Source: an uncultured Gammaproteobacteria bacterium (lineage in GTDB: Bacteria > Patescibacteriota > Microgenomatia > JALYQM01). Taken from it: 64,000 nt of DNA. The position numbers were made by a program, and so were the translations under genes. The DNA lies in NCBI GenBank assembly GCA_964535655.1, contig CAZHTP010000004.1, positions 11,108-75,107 on the forward strand, read 5' to 3'. The notes under the pieces were generated by a model, which ran no database searches, was not told where the DNA came from, and was given only the letters and a program-made list of their open reading frames with translations. Positions 1 through 9,794 of this stretch are shown here, piece by piece. Positions within the stretch are counted from its first letter, which is position 1; each line of letters opens with the position of its first letter.

Positions 1-263
1 AACTTATACTTTGCTGAAGTTTAATTATTATTTTTATCATGTGCTTCAGTAGTTTTTCTTTTTATTTTGAGAACCGCCTTATCTACTCCTGAGAAAGAAT
101 GTTATGAATTCTTTGAAGTCGTATCTAAGTCAGATTCTCAAAACAATTGGAATTTGATATTACCTAAAATTTTTATACACTATTTACTTGCATCGGTGTA
201 GGTAGTCATTGTTGCTTTTACTGTATCAGTTTTGGTTTTTATTTGTGTTATCATAATTTCCTT

Positions 264-440
264 ATGGAAGAAAAGGTTGCGATTCGTCCTTTGATTAGAA
301 ATGTTGATTATGAACTTGATTCTTTAGGACGGTTTGTTTTGACGCGGCGATACCACTTGCGGCGAGGTTTCTGTTGTGGTAATCATTGTATACATTGTCC
401 TTTTGACGGTATAAAAGGGAGCCGCGAAATAAAAAAATAA
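264..440 (+). CDS. Small Cys-rich protein (DUF5522-like)
   Basis: Motif HLRRGFCCGNHCIHCPF; ATG 264 lies 6 nt after -10-like CATAAT (252-257). Confidence 0.7.
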   Translation: MEEKVAIRPLIRNVDYELDSLGRFVLTRRYHLRRGFCCGNHCIHCPFDGIKGSREIKK

Positions 441-444
441 AATC

Positions 445-1473
445 ATGTATCTGCCCACCTCACTTGAAAATGCAGTCTTTGCTGCGGAGAATCATTTAAA
501 AAAAAGTCACGTTGTACAAAAAGAATTTTTTAAACAAAAAATGCGTTGGAGTTTTCCAATGTCCATTAATTTGGAAACAACAAACCATTGTAATTTGCGT
601 TGTATAATGTGCCCTCGACATTTAACTGATCGAGGATTTGGGTTAATGGATGATTCGTTATACCAAAAACTTATTGACGAAATTGCTGATCATGGAGGCG
701 TGCAGGTTTTAACACTTATTAAAGATGGAGAATCTTTAATTCATCCACGGGTACATGAATTAATTAAGTACGCTAAAGATCGCAAAGCTGCACATCGTAT
801 TGAAATTTTTTCTAATGCAATTTTACTTGATGAGGAGCGTTCAATTAAATTAATTGAAGCAGGACTTGATGTATTAAATGTATCGCTTGATGCGATGAAT
901 AGTGAGACATATAAAAAGATTAAGGGCCGGGATCAGTATTCTGTTGTGGTTAAGAACATGCGGCGATTTGCTGAAATTAAAAAGGAGATAGGAGCGCGTA
1001 AGCCCTTACTTGTTGCTAAGTTTATTGGTATGACTGAGAACGCTGATCAATTAGATGAGTTTAAGCAATATTGGAAAGGTGTTGCCGACCAAGTATTAAT
1101 TTCTCCATACCATAATTATGGTGGAGGGACGGTTGATCGATCACTAAAAACGCAAAAGAAAGTGGGTTGTCGCTATCCTTGTTTGGTTACTTGGTTTAAC
1201 CCGGTAGTTTTGTGGGATGGCCTGGTGACTACTTGCTGTGTTAACTATATGAAGAATGAATTAATAATGGGCGACGCTAAAGAAAGTACGATAGAAGAAA
1301 TTTGGTGCGGTGAAAAATACCAGAAACTGCGTGCAGATATGTTACGTGGTGATTTGAGTGACTGGAAAACATGTTCTAAATGTACGTATTGGCAAGGGTT
1401 TGCGGATATGGCTAATTGGTTGGATAAGAAGGAAAGGGATGCAGGGAATCCGTTTATCTCTTCAACAGTATAA
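445..1473 (+). CDS. Radical SAM protein with SPASM/twitch domain
   Basis: CNLRCIMC (CxxxCxxC) motif; C-terminal C...GLVTTCC...CSKC. Confidence 0.9.
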   Translation: MYLPTSLENAVFAAENHLKKSHVVQKEFFKQKMRWSFPMSINLETTNHCNLRCIMCPRHLTDRGFGLMDDSLYQKLIDEIADHGGVQVLTLIKDGESLIHPRVHELIKYAKDRKAAHRIEIFSNAILLDEERSIKLIEAGLDVLNVSLDAMNSETYKKIKGRDQYSVVVKNMRRFAEIKKEIGARKPLLVAKFIGMTENADQLDEFKQYWKGVADQVLISPYHNYGGGTVDRSLKTQKKVGCRYPCLVTWFNPVVLWDGLVTTCCVNYMKNELIMGDAKESTIEEIWCGEKYQKLRADMLRGDLSDWKTCSKCTYWQGFADMANWLDKKERDAGNPFISSTV

Positions 1474-1747
1474 TTTCTCTGCTAACTTATTTCGTTCTGG
1501 GACTTTGTTTGCTGCGGAAGCTATCTTTTTCAACCATAGTGACTTTTTGCTCACTAGCTTTTATTGATTTTTAATCAATCGTTTTCGGTTGCACTATGGT
1601 ACTTCTGTGCAACCTCCAGCTGAATGTCCTCGCGGCACAAAGTCCTAGCATCGAAATTTTGTTTTTCGATTATTTTATTCTTGTCTCTTGACCTAAGCTA
1701 TTGTTTGCTCTAATGTTAAAGATATATTAGTAGTATGGAGGGTTTAT

Positions 1748-1987
1748 ATGAAAACATCGCAGGAGAAAGATGCTTTGCTGGCATTAATTTCTACTCTCAC
1801 TGTTGTGTTTGTTGTATTGTTTTTTAGTATTGCGTATTTTCTGACATTGCGTGTTGATGTAACTCATAAACAAGCAACTATTGATCAAGAACTTGCAGCA
1901 CAGCGTGTTAAAGATCAGCAATCTGCTCAAGGTTATGTTGCTGGTGTTCAAACGGAAGAGCCTGTTGATGTAGGTGATGACTACTAA
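1748..1987 (+). CDS. Small single-TM membrane protein
   Basis: GGAGG SD upstream; N-terminal hydrophobic helix; VAG-type motif common in CPR surface proteins. Confidence 0.6.
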   Translation: MKTSQEKDALLALISTLTVVFVVLFFSIAYFLTLRVDVTHKQATIDQELAAQRVKDQQSAQGYVAGVQTEEPVDVGDDY

Positions 1988-3404
1988 AAAAATGAAAATT
2001 ACAATTATTCATTGCTCCTTTATTTATACGGGGGGTGGGGAAAGAATTGTTTTGGAACAATTATCCCATCTTCGTGGGCTTGGGTATGATGTAGATTGTT
2101 ATGCTCCTGTTGTTGACTTTAACTCGTGTTTTTCAGATATAATTCGTTCTTACAATATTAAGTCGTTTTTACCGCAGCTTCCACACTGGTTTCCATTGCG
2201 ACATGCTATTATTTTACTTTTTAGCTGTTTGTTAATTCCTTTTTTCGCTTTAAAATTTAGATCTACAGATTTATTTATTGGAGAGAATCAACCGGGAGCC
2301 TGGTTGGCATTTGTTTTATCTAAAATTTTGAATAAACGCTATATTGCTTTCTTGAATCATCCTAATCGGATTTTGTATCCTCGGGAACACGAAGATTGGG
2401 CAACGGTTAGTGACTTTAAGTTTCTTAGTAAATTTTTTGCTTTTTTTAGACCTTTGCTCGCTTATTTTGATCGGATAAGTATTAATGGCGCTTCTGAACG
2501 ATATGTTAATGGGTATTTTATAGGGTGTGAGATAGCCAAAATTTACCATTCAAGCTGGGTTGCCTGTCCATCGGGGACATCGTTTTTAAATGATTATTCT
2601 GAACGAATCACGAGTGATTCAGTCAAAATCACATCAGATAAGCCGGTTTTTACTTTACCTTTTCCTTCTTCTCTTTATGCTCATCGACATTTTTCCTATT
2701 TAGATCATGCACATCTTGCTCAGTCTAAGCAGGATTCACAATGGGGAAGCTTGCTTGGAGGAGAGATCGATAATAAATTTGCATTGAGGCGTATGATGCA
2801 CCAATCGAAGGTAGCTTGTGATGATCCTTCTGGCACTGCTCACTTTATAAAAGGGTTTGATTTATCTCAAATGTTCATTTTATACACCGGAAGACATCAA
2901 CCGTGGAAGCGAATTGATTGGCTTATTGAAATATTCTCACTCATTAAGTCGCAGAATGTTTATTTAGTAATTCCTGGTCCTTTTACTTCACATACAGTAG
3001 AACTTCAGCGGCTTGCTGTACAGTTGGGTGTTTCAGACAAAGTACAATTTTTAGGGGAGATTGATCAGCGTGAGTTATTTTTACTGTATCGCCGTGCTGC
3101 AATTTATGCGTTTCCTTCGGAACGAGAAGATTTCGGCATTGTAGTTATCGAAGCAATGGGACAAGGTTTGCCTGTTGTTGCGTGGGATGTGGGTGGTCCA
3201 ACGGATACTGTTGTTGATGGGGTAACAGGGTATTTGGTTTCTCATTATGATAAAAAAATGTATGCTAGGAAATTAGAAAACTTACTTCAGGATCGACACT
3301 TACGCGAGGAAATGGGGCGTGCCGGAATTGAACTGGTCGGTGCGAAATTTAGTTGGAAAAACCATATTTCTGTTCTTACCCAACAATTTTCTACTCATAT
3401 TTAG
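1974..3404 (+). CDS. GT4 family glycosyltransferase with an internal insertion
   Basis: GGGER N-terminal motif, GR..WKR, EDFGIVVIEAM (Ex7E). Confidence 0.9.
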   Translation: MMTTKKMKITIIHCSFIYTGGGERIVLEQLSHLRGLGYDVDCYAPVVDFNSCFSDIIRSYNIKSFLPQLPHWFPLRHAIILLFSCLLIPFFALKFRSTDLFIGENQPGAWLAFVLSKILNKRYIAFLNHPNRILYPREHEDWATVSDFKFLSKFFAFFRPLLAYFDRISINGASERYVNGYFIGCEIAKIYHSSWVACPSGTSFLNDYSERITSDSVKITSDKPVFTLPFPSSLYAHRHFSYLDHAHLAQSKQDSQWGSLLGGEIDNKFALRRMMHQSKVACDDPSGTAHFIKGFDLSQMFILYTGRHQPWKRIDWLIEIFSLIKSQNVYLVIPGPFTSHTVELQRLAVQLGVSDKVQFLGEIDQRELFLLYRRAAIYAFPSEREDFGIVVIEAMGQGLPVVAWDVGGPTDTVVDGVTGYLVSHYDKKMYARKLENLLQDRHLREEMGRAGIELVGAKFSWKNHISVLTQQFSTHI

Positions 3405-4449
3405 TTAGAGCTTCATTCAATATTTCTTCAGCTTCAGATAAATTTTTTGATTGTATCAGTTTTATTTTAATTTCCGTTGAATTGGGAAAGTTGGCAATAT
3501 AGAAGCTAAATTGTTTACGCATTTGTAAAAACAGCTTTTCGTTTTTTGCCTTGGCATGATACATAGCATGTTCTTTGGCGAGCTGTAACCGTTCCTTGGG
3601 GGTAAGGGAATATTGCGGTTGACTCCAAATAGCTGGGTTGCCTAAGGCTGCCCGGGCAATAAGCGCTCCGTCAAGATTATATTTAGCAATTTTTTCTAGC
3701 GCATCTTGGCGGGAGGAAAGATCGCCATTCCCTAAAACGGTCGTGCTGGTGGATTTTATCACTTCAGCTCCTTGAGCAATTGCTCCCCAATTCGCAATCC
3801 CTGTATACATTTGCTTAAGTGTTCGCCCGTGCAATGTGATGTTAGCAGGATTTGTTTCCAGCAAGTGTTTAACCCATTCCGTGATGGTAATATTTTCAAT
3901 ACCTAATCTTGTTTTAACGGATACAGGAATAACCTTTCTATCGATATTTTCTGATTGGGAGAATTCTTTTAATTCTGCAATTTTTTTAACTTTTATTTCG
4001 TCGAGATCTAAATCTACAATATTCTTACCGTTTGACCAGTCAAACACTCCATTCTGGACTGATCGGATTATTTCCTTTGCCAGTTTAGGGTTACCTATTA
4101 GGGCTGCTCCACCGCCGTGATGGGCGACGTTTTTTGCTGGACATCCCATGTTTATATCGATTCCATCAAATCCTAATTCCGCGCAGATAATAGCGGCTTT
4201 ATAGAAATATTCGGGAGTTGAACCAAAAATTTGAGCTATGATCGGTCGCTGAGCAACTTGGTACCGTAGATCATTAAGCAAATGATCGGCTGAGGACATG
4301 AACATGCCTTCGACGTTCGTGAATTCAGTAAACATGACATCTGGTTTGCCATATTGAGCGTGAATTTGACGAAATGCGAAATCTGTTAGCCCATCCATTG
4401 GGGCAAGTCCGATGATCGGTTTTGGTTGTTGTTGCCATGAAAAACTCAT
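3391..4449 (-). CDS. dus: tRNA-dihydrouridine synthase
   Basis: LAPMDG, DINMGCP, SVKTRLG, LHGRT, GNGD motifs. Confidence 0.93.
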   Translation of the reverse strand: MSFSWQQQPKPIIGLAPMDGLTDFAFRQIHAQYGKPDVMFTEFTNVEGMFMSSADHLLNDLRYQVAQRPIIAQIFGSTPEYFYKAAIICAELGFDGIDINMGCPAKNVAHHGGGAALIGNPKLAKEIIRSVQNGVFDWSNGKNIVDLDLDEIKVKKIAELKEFSQSENIDRKVIPVSVKTRLGIENITITEWVKHLLETNPANITLHGRTLKQMYTGIANWGAIAQGAEVIKSTSTTVLGNGDLSSRQDALEKIAKYNLDGALIARAALGNPAIWSQPQYSLTPKERLQLAKEHAMYHAKAKNEKLFLQMRKQFSFYIANFPNSTEIKIKLIQSKNLSEAEEILNEALTKYE

Positions 4450-4508
4450 TTTAGTATTATACCAGCTTTTGGTTTAAACTGTTAACACTAATGGTGTAAA
4501 ATGGTACT

Positions 4509-5726
4509 ATGCGATTTTTCCGCTTTGGAAGTATTTATTTGATTTCACTGTTACCTTTATATATCGTGCGATTCTCATTATTTGGGTTTCCTAGTACGCT
4601 TTTGGAGTTTAGTTTTTTAATTCTTTGGCTTGTTTGGGTGTTTGAAGTTGTACGAGAAGGGAGAATAAGTCACGTTTGGCATGCAATACCTCTTAAGGAA
4701 ATGGTGGGTTTTTTTTTACTGGCTGGGCTTGTCAGTGTTTTAGTGTCTGATGAGATTCGTAGTGGTATTGGGCTTTATCGAGCATACTTTGTGGAGCCAG
4801 TTTTATTTTTTATTCTGTTAACTGATTTAGGGAAACGCCGCTACTTGTTTATAAGTGATGTACTGGTAGGATTGGCAATAAGTGCATTTTATTTAAGTGT
4901 TCTTGCGATTATTCAACATGCGTTTCACTCTGATTTGTTTGCACCACACGAGACTGCTTCTGGAAGGGTTAGCGGGGTGTTTAACAGTGCAAATGCTTTG
5001 GCGCTTTATTTGGAGCCTATTATTTGGACGCTTGGAGTGGTTGTCTTTCGTGATTTTAAACTTAGTAAGCGCAGTGCATTTTTTACTTTAACTCTCATTT
5101 TATCTGTTGTCGCGATTGTTTTGAGCCGATCAATGGGAGGGTTTGTTGCTTTTATCTGTCTTGCTGGAATTTTAGTACTGCGTCGATTTATAAAAATACA
5201 CAGTTCGACTTTTTTATGGTATGTGAGTGGATTATTTGTGGTAACGGCGCTATTGATTCAACTTGCTTATTCTGTGGTAGGAAGAATGCACGCAGTACCT
5301 TATGCAGGACCTAATACTTTTTTGATTCGGATGATTGTCTGGACAGGTACTTCGCATTTGCTGTCAGAACATTGGATAACTGGTGCTGGTTTAGGAGGAT
5401 TTAAAGAACGGTATGCGATAAGTTATTTACCAGTACAGTATACAGAGCAATTGCAGTATCCTCATAATATTTTTCTTAATTTTTGGAGTGAAACCGGTTT
5501 GTATGGATTAATTACTTTTATTCTCCTTTGCTATTTCTTGTTTAAAGAAGCGGATGCTAAAGAGATACAGATACGAATAATAATTTATGGAGTTTTATTT
5601 CTACTTTTTCTGCACGGGCTGGTAGATGTCCCTTATTTTAAGAATGATTTAAGTATGGAGTTCTGGATTTTTGCCAGTTTACTATTTTTTATGCGAGGTG
5701 GGGAAAATGGATCAGTTGTTTCTTGA
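4509..5726 (+). CDS. O-antigen ligase (Wzy_C) family membrane protein
   Basis: Multi-TM; R..G.F..AN, SRSMGG, G.GLGGF, YPHNIFL motifs. Confidence 0.85.
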   Translation: MRFFRFGSIYLISLLPLYIVRFSLFGFPSTLLEFSFLILWLVWVFEVVREGRISHVWHAIPLKEMVGFFLLAGLVSVLVSDEIRSGIGLYRAYFVEPVLFFILLTDLGKRRYLFISDVLVGLAISAFYLSVLAIIQHAFHSDLFAPHETASGRVSGVFNSANALALYLEPIIWTLGVVVFRDFKLSKRSAFFTLTLILSVVAIVLSRSMGGFVAFICLAGILVLRRFIKIHSSTFLWYVSGLFVVTALLIQLAYSVVGRMHAVPYAGPNTFLIRMIVWTGTSHLLSEHWITGAGLGGFKERYAISYLPVQYTEQLQYPHNIFLNFWSETGLYGLITFILLCYFLFKEADAKEIQIRIIIYGVLFLLFLHGLVDVPYFKNDLSMEFWIFASLLFFMRGGENGSVVS

Positions 5727-6648
5727 TCGATTACAAATTTTATTAGGAGAGAGGTATTCAGAGGCTGTTGATTCATTTGAACATGATAAGTTGCCCAGTT
5801 TTCGCGTTAATACTCTCGTAATTTCTGAGAGTGAAGGGATTGACGTACTTCAATCGAACGGGTTTGAAATTGAAACGGTTCATTCTTTGCCCAATGCATA
5901 TTTAGTAAAAAATAAATCCAAGCGTGAATTCACCGATTTTCCTCAGTATTCACAAGGTTGGTATTATTTGCAGTCTTTTTCAAGCATGGTTCCTGTATTT
6001 GCCTTGGGAGATCTTACCGGTAGGCTTCATGCATTGGATATGTGTGCTGCTCCGGGTTCAAAAACGTCGCAGCTGGCAGCGGTACTTGATTCTCGGGGAT
6101 TAATTGATGCGTATGATTTGAGCAGACAGCGTATTTTTCAGATGAAAGCGGTGCTTTCGCAACTTCATGTTAAAAATGTATATATTCATCAAAGTGATGC
6201 ATCGGGGATTTGGAGAAAATATGGCCCAGTGTTTGATGTTGTTTTACTTGATGCTGTTTGTAGTGGAGAAGGTAGATTTAAGACGAGTGAGCCTAAAACT
6301 TATGCTGATTGGGAATTGAGGAAAGTTAAGAAAATGGTGGAGATACAAAAAAGATTACTTTTTTCTGGAATTATGTGTCTCAAGCCAGGTGGGGTACTTA
6401 TTTACTCTACGTGTACATTTTCTCCTGAAGAAAATGAAGGAATAATACATTTTGCATTACAAAAATTTGAAGGTGCTATCGATATTGAACCAATTGATTT
6501 GCGTCCGTATCCTCCAGCAAGATCATTTGTTCCTGGTACTACTGAATGGCAAGGGGAGATTTATGATGAACGGATAAGTCGAGCTATACGGATTGTTCCT
6601 GATACTACTTGGGATGGGTTCTTCGTTTGTAGAATTAAGCGAAATTAA
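5707..6648 (+). CDS. RsmB/NOP2 (RsmF-like) RNA m5C methyltransferase
   Basis: LDMCAAPGSKT, DAVCSGEG, YSTCTFSPEENE motifs. Confidence 0.9.
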   Translation: MDQLFLDRLQILLGERYSEAVDSFEHDKLPSFRVNTLVISESEGIDVLQSNGFEIETVHSLPNAYLVKNKSKREFTDFPQYSQGWYYLQSFSSMVPVFALGDLTGRLHALDMCAAPGSKTSQLAAVLDSRGLIDAYDLSRQRIFQMKAVLSQLHVKNVYIHQSDASGIWRKYGPVFDVVLLDAVCSGEGRFKTSEPKTYADWELRKVKKMVEIQKRLLFSGIMCLKPGGVLIYSTCTFSPEENEGIIHFALQKFEGAIDIEPIDLRPYPPARSFVPGTTEWQGEIYDERISRAIRIVPDTTWDGFFVCRIKRN

Positions 6649-6662
6649 TTACTATAGAGGTA

Positions 6663-7967
6663 ATGAAACTTTTTCTTGTAGTAATAGTAGTTTTAAGTGC
6701 GGCTATTTATCCTTCGTATATTCTTGCTGGGCAATATCGATTACAGCGATTTTCTCAGATACAGAAAGCTGATGTTGGGGTACTTTCCCAACTGGATAAG
6801 CGTAACACTGCACTTACTATTCTTACTTTGTCCCAAAAAAATGTTTTTGATTTAAGTAAGGAAAATATTAGTACTGAATCAGCTACTATTGTTTTGAATT
6901 CAATTCGTGCTTCATTTGCAAAAGGGGATTATGATTCAGTAGGAACTTTAAGTGCTCAACTTACTTCTGGGATAGTGAAAGCGCGAGCTGATGACAAAAA
7001 TTTGTATGATGATTTCTCACACAAAATTGTTGAGTTAGGGGAAAAGCGGGATGCTTATAAAAAGCAGGGGGTTACTGTTGCAACGATCTCGGCAGGAATT
7101 GCTTCGGCTAGTGCGAGTCTTTTGGGTAAAGACTATTTGGTATTACCTTCACTCTTAACACTGCTGGATGATTCTCTCACTTCGCTCCTTGTTCAAAAGA
7201 AAGAGGCTGATAGAAAGGCGGCGCTTGCGGCAGCCGCAGCAATCGCTGCGCCAGTTGCGCCACAATCAGTGGGTGGTATTACTTATGAAAGAAAAACTAT
7301 TGGTACTTCCGTAGGATCATTTAGCGTTGATATTCTTACCGTTGATCTTAATCGTGTTAAGGCTAAAACATTTACTGCAAGTGATAGTGATTGTGTAACT
7401 AACTGTCCTTTGAAACCATTGGCTTCGTATGTTTTGGAAAACGGGGGTATTGCTGGAATAAATGGATCGTATTTTTGTCCGGCAGATTATTCGTCTTGTT
7501 CAAGTAAAGTTAATGCCTTTGATCTGCTTGTATTTGATTATCGTAGTAAGCATTATGCTAATTCTGCACAGAATCAATATAGGGTTAACCCACTCATTAG
7601 TTTCTATCCTGACGGAGCTCACTATTATACTCAGGCTTTAGGTTTTGGTCGAGACACCAGTGCTTATGGAGCTATATCCAATTTTCCTACTCTTATTCAT
7701 AATGGTGGAATTTCTGTAAATGGAGGACTCGACGCAAAATCTGCGGGGACAAAAACCTTTCGTGGCGGAATCGGATTTAGAGGTAAAACTTTATGGACCG
7801 TAATGACACGAGGTGCTACTGTCCCCGATACGGCATACGTTTTTCAAGCATTAGGTGCGCAGTATGCGATGAATTTAGATGGTGGAGGGTCGGCTGCCTT
7901 GTATTTTGGAGGGTATAAAGTAGGGCCGGGGCGCAATCTTCCCAATGCTGTTGTATTCACTCCGTAA
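6663..7967 (+). CDS. Exported phosphodiester glycosidase (NAGPA-like) family protein
   Basis: Signal/TM, helical stalk, INGSYF and AMNLDGGGS motifs. Confidence 0.8.
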   Translation: MKLFLVVIVVLSAAIYPSYILAGQYRLQRFSQIQKADVGVLSQLDKRNTALTILTLSQKNVFDLSKENISTESATIVLNSIRASFAKGDYDSVGTLSAQLTSGIVKARADDKNLYDDFSHKIVELGEKRDAYKKQGVTVATISAGIASASASLLGKDYLVLPSLLTLLDDSLTSLLVQKKEADRKAALAAAAAIAAPVAPQSVGGITYERKTIGTSVGSFSVDILTVDLNRVKAKTFTASDSDCVTNCPLKPLASYVLENGGIAGINGSYFCPADYSSCSSKVNAFDLLVFDYRSKHYANSAQNQYRVNPLISFYPDGAHYYTQALGFGRDTSAYGAISNFPTLIHNGGISVNGGLDAKSAGTKTFRGGIGFRGKTLWTVMTRGATVPDTAYVFQALGAQYAMNLDGGGSAALYFGGYKVGPGRNLPNAVVFTP

Positions 7968-7994
7968 CTTTCAAGCTGCTGTTATACTTTCCTC

Positions 7995-8022
7995 TTGAAC
8001 TTTTTACCACGATGTATATTAT
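7995..8022 (+). promoter_or_regulatory. Sigma70-like promoter for the riboswitch-containing leader
   Basis: TTGAAC (7995-8000), 16 nt spacer, TATTAT (8017-8022). Confidence 0.5.
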
Positions 8023-8031
8023 GAGTTTATA

Positions 8032-8135
8032 CTTTGTTCGGTAACATCGGTTAAATACCGAGGCAGTGCCGCTACTGTAAAGCCAGAAAACGAACAAAAG
8101 AAAATATCCCGAGCAGGAACACCATTTGCGGTGCG
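8032..8135 (+). ncRNA. Minimal cobalamin (B12) riboswitch
   Basis: Closing stem TTTGTTCG/CGAACAAA; GGTAA; CGGT-TAAAT-ACCG T-loop arm; CAG-TGCCGCTA-CTGT; AGCCAG B12 box; downstream GCGGT complementary to loop GCCGC. Confidence 0.8.
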
Positions 8136-8164
8136 CCTTTAGTGCAGTTGTTGTGCTGGAGGTT

Positions 8165-8197
8165 AACCTTCTCGAGAGCCTCGGGGAGGTTTTTTTT
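8165..8197 (+). terminator. Riboswitch expression-platform terminator
   Basis: AACCTTCTCGAG-agc-CTCGGGGAGGTT followed by a T run; CCCGAG (8108-8113) can pair with the 3' arm as antiterminator; the stem also contains the GGAGG SD. Confidence 0.8.
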
Positions 8198-9794
8198 GAT
8201 TGAATATTATTCTTCTTTTGAATCTAATGGATATGAGCGGTTAGTTTCCGTCCTTGGAGCGCAAGAATTTTCCACTTTGTTTAGGATAACTCCAGAAGAA
8301 CTGGCTGTGCGAATGCGTTCATTATCTTTGAGACGGCGAAAATTATCTGATAGTGAAGTCGAGAAACGGTACGATGAAGGGTTTTTGAAAATTCACTCGG
8401 TAACACGCGATGTAGAACGATTTCAAGAAGCAGAGATTAGTGTGCAAAAATTGCGAGATGAAATTGCTGGGATTGGTGTTCCTGGCTTTGAGACGCTTCT
8501 TAAAGAGTATTTGTTTGGGAAAAATACTTTTTTTTATAACAAAGTGGTGCAGAATCCCCATACAAAGGAGTTGAAAATTGTCGCGTATGATCCTATTTCT
8601 CATTGTAATGAATCATGGACTCAGGCATGGGAGCGAGAAGATTTGAGGGAGTCGTACCGGCGTTTTATTACTCGTAAAAGTGAAGAAGATCCTCACTATT
8701 CTCGCCGGCTACAATACCGTGATGATTCTGAGCTTGAGCTTATGGATATGCTTCTCGCGCAAGGTGTTTGTTTTATGCAAACACCAAGTTCTGAAAGATC
8801 GCCAATTATTATGTCCTTAAGTCCTGCTCCTAAACCAAGTAAATACGCGCGGGATATGGGATATGCAAGCTGGTGGACGAAGCGACTTTCGCATTGGAGA
8901 AGTTATGGTTTTGAAATGACTGAGGGGGGGGTGTTGATTCATGCCTCTACGGTGTTTACGTATAGAAATATTAACCGAATGCGGCATTTAATGAAGGAAG
9001 TTGTTCATAGAGAAAATGAATCAGCAATTCGCAAGCTATCGATTATTTCTGATGATAGGGAATTGCTTGCAACTCCGTTTGTATCGCGGTTTGAACAGGC
9101 AGGACGAACAGACTTAGTAGCCGTGACTGAGCAGATTGATACTTCACTGAATAGTGATTCCGCCTGGTATGATCCACTATTCGTTTTTTCCGAGAAAGCT
9201 ACCCGTTGGCATAATGCTAAACGACTTACTGATGCAATTGTCGAAGAGAGGATTTTGGGAGAACTATTTCAAAAATATCTGCTTGAATATTATGCGGTAC
9301 TGCTTGCATGTAAAGGGAAGCCAGATCCTTATTTACTTCAGGAGATACTTATTGAAATGCGTGATGCGGCCTTTGAACTATACAGTGATGCGATGGCTGA
9401 TGCTGTTATCTCTTCCTCTACAAAAAGTCTTGATCGAGAAAAAATTAAGTTGGGATTTATAGCGAGCGCAAAAATTCGCGGGGAGGGAGGTAATTGTCCT
9501 ACTCTGAAGAAATTGCGTCGTGTGCAAAATGCTGATGATGAAGGGAATACTGATTATTCGGATGAAGAAAGCTGCCTACTTCAGTGTAGAGGTAAAAAAC
9601 TAGATACTCTTTTGGATCTTGTAGTAGATTGTCATTGGAGTGCGCGTGCTGAGAAGGGGAAAGTGTACAAAGAATGTCCTGATTGTGGTTGGTATCCAGG
9701 GAAAGTTCAGAATTTTGATTTTGTAAAGACATTACTTGAGCCCCTTGTACTCGACTTAGGTTCAAGAAATTATGAAATGGTATATGTTAGGTAA
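8196..9794 (+). CDS. Hypothetical protein with C-terminal Cys motifs (possible Zn ribbon)
   Basis: Long ORF; TTG start 6 nt after GGAGG; CLLQC...C...CPDCG near the C-terminus. Confidence 0.7.
   Translation: MIEYYSSFESNGYERLVSVLGAQEFSTLFRITPEELAVRMRSLSLRRRKLSDSEVEKRYDEGFLKIHSVTRDVERFQEAEISVQKLRDEIAGIGVPGFETLLKEYLFGKNTFFYNKVVQNPHTKELKIVAYDPISHCNESWTQAWEREDLRESYRRFITRKSEEDPHYSRRLQYRDDSELELMDMLLAQGVCFMQTPSSERSPIIMSLSPAPKPSKYARDMGYASWWTKRLSHWRSYGFEMTEGGVLIHASTVFTYRNINRMRHLMKEVVHRENESAIRKLSIISDDRELLATPFVSRFEQAGRTDLVAVTEQIDTSLNSDSAWYDPLFVFSEKATRWHNAKRLTDAIVEERILGELFQKYLLEYYAVLLACKGKPDPYLLQEILIEMRDAAFELYSDAMADAVISSSTKSLDREKIKLGFIASAKIRGEGGNCPTLKKLRRVQNADDEGNTDYSDEESCLLQCRGKKLDTLLDLVVDCHWSARAEKGKVYKECPDCGWYPGKVQNFDFVKTLLEPLVLDLGSRNYEMVYVR

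Noticed and set aside
1474-1747. Intergenic stretch with short ORFs and a TTGCAC/GTGCAA hairpin
   Set aside because: No recognisable RNA motif or coding signal
8142-8195. ORF-track N-terminus of the 550-aa protein
   Set aside because: Overlaps the riboswitch terminator; similar over-extensions rejected at 32560, 41941, 49822 and 51944
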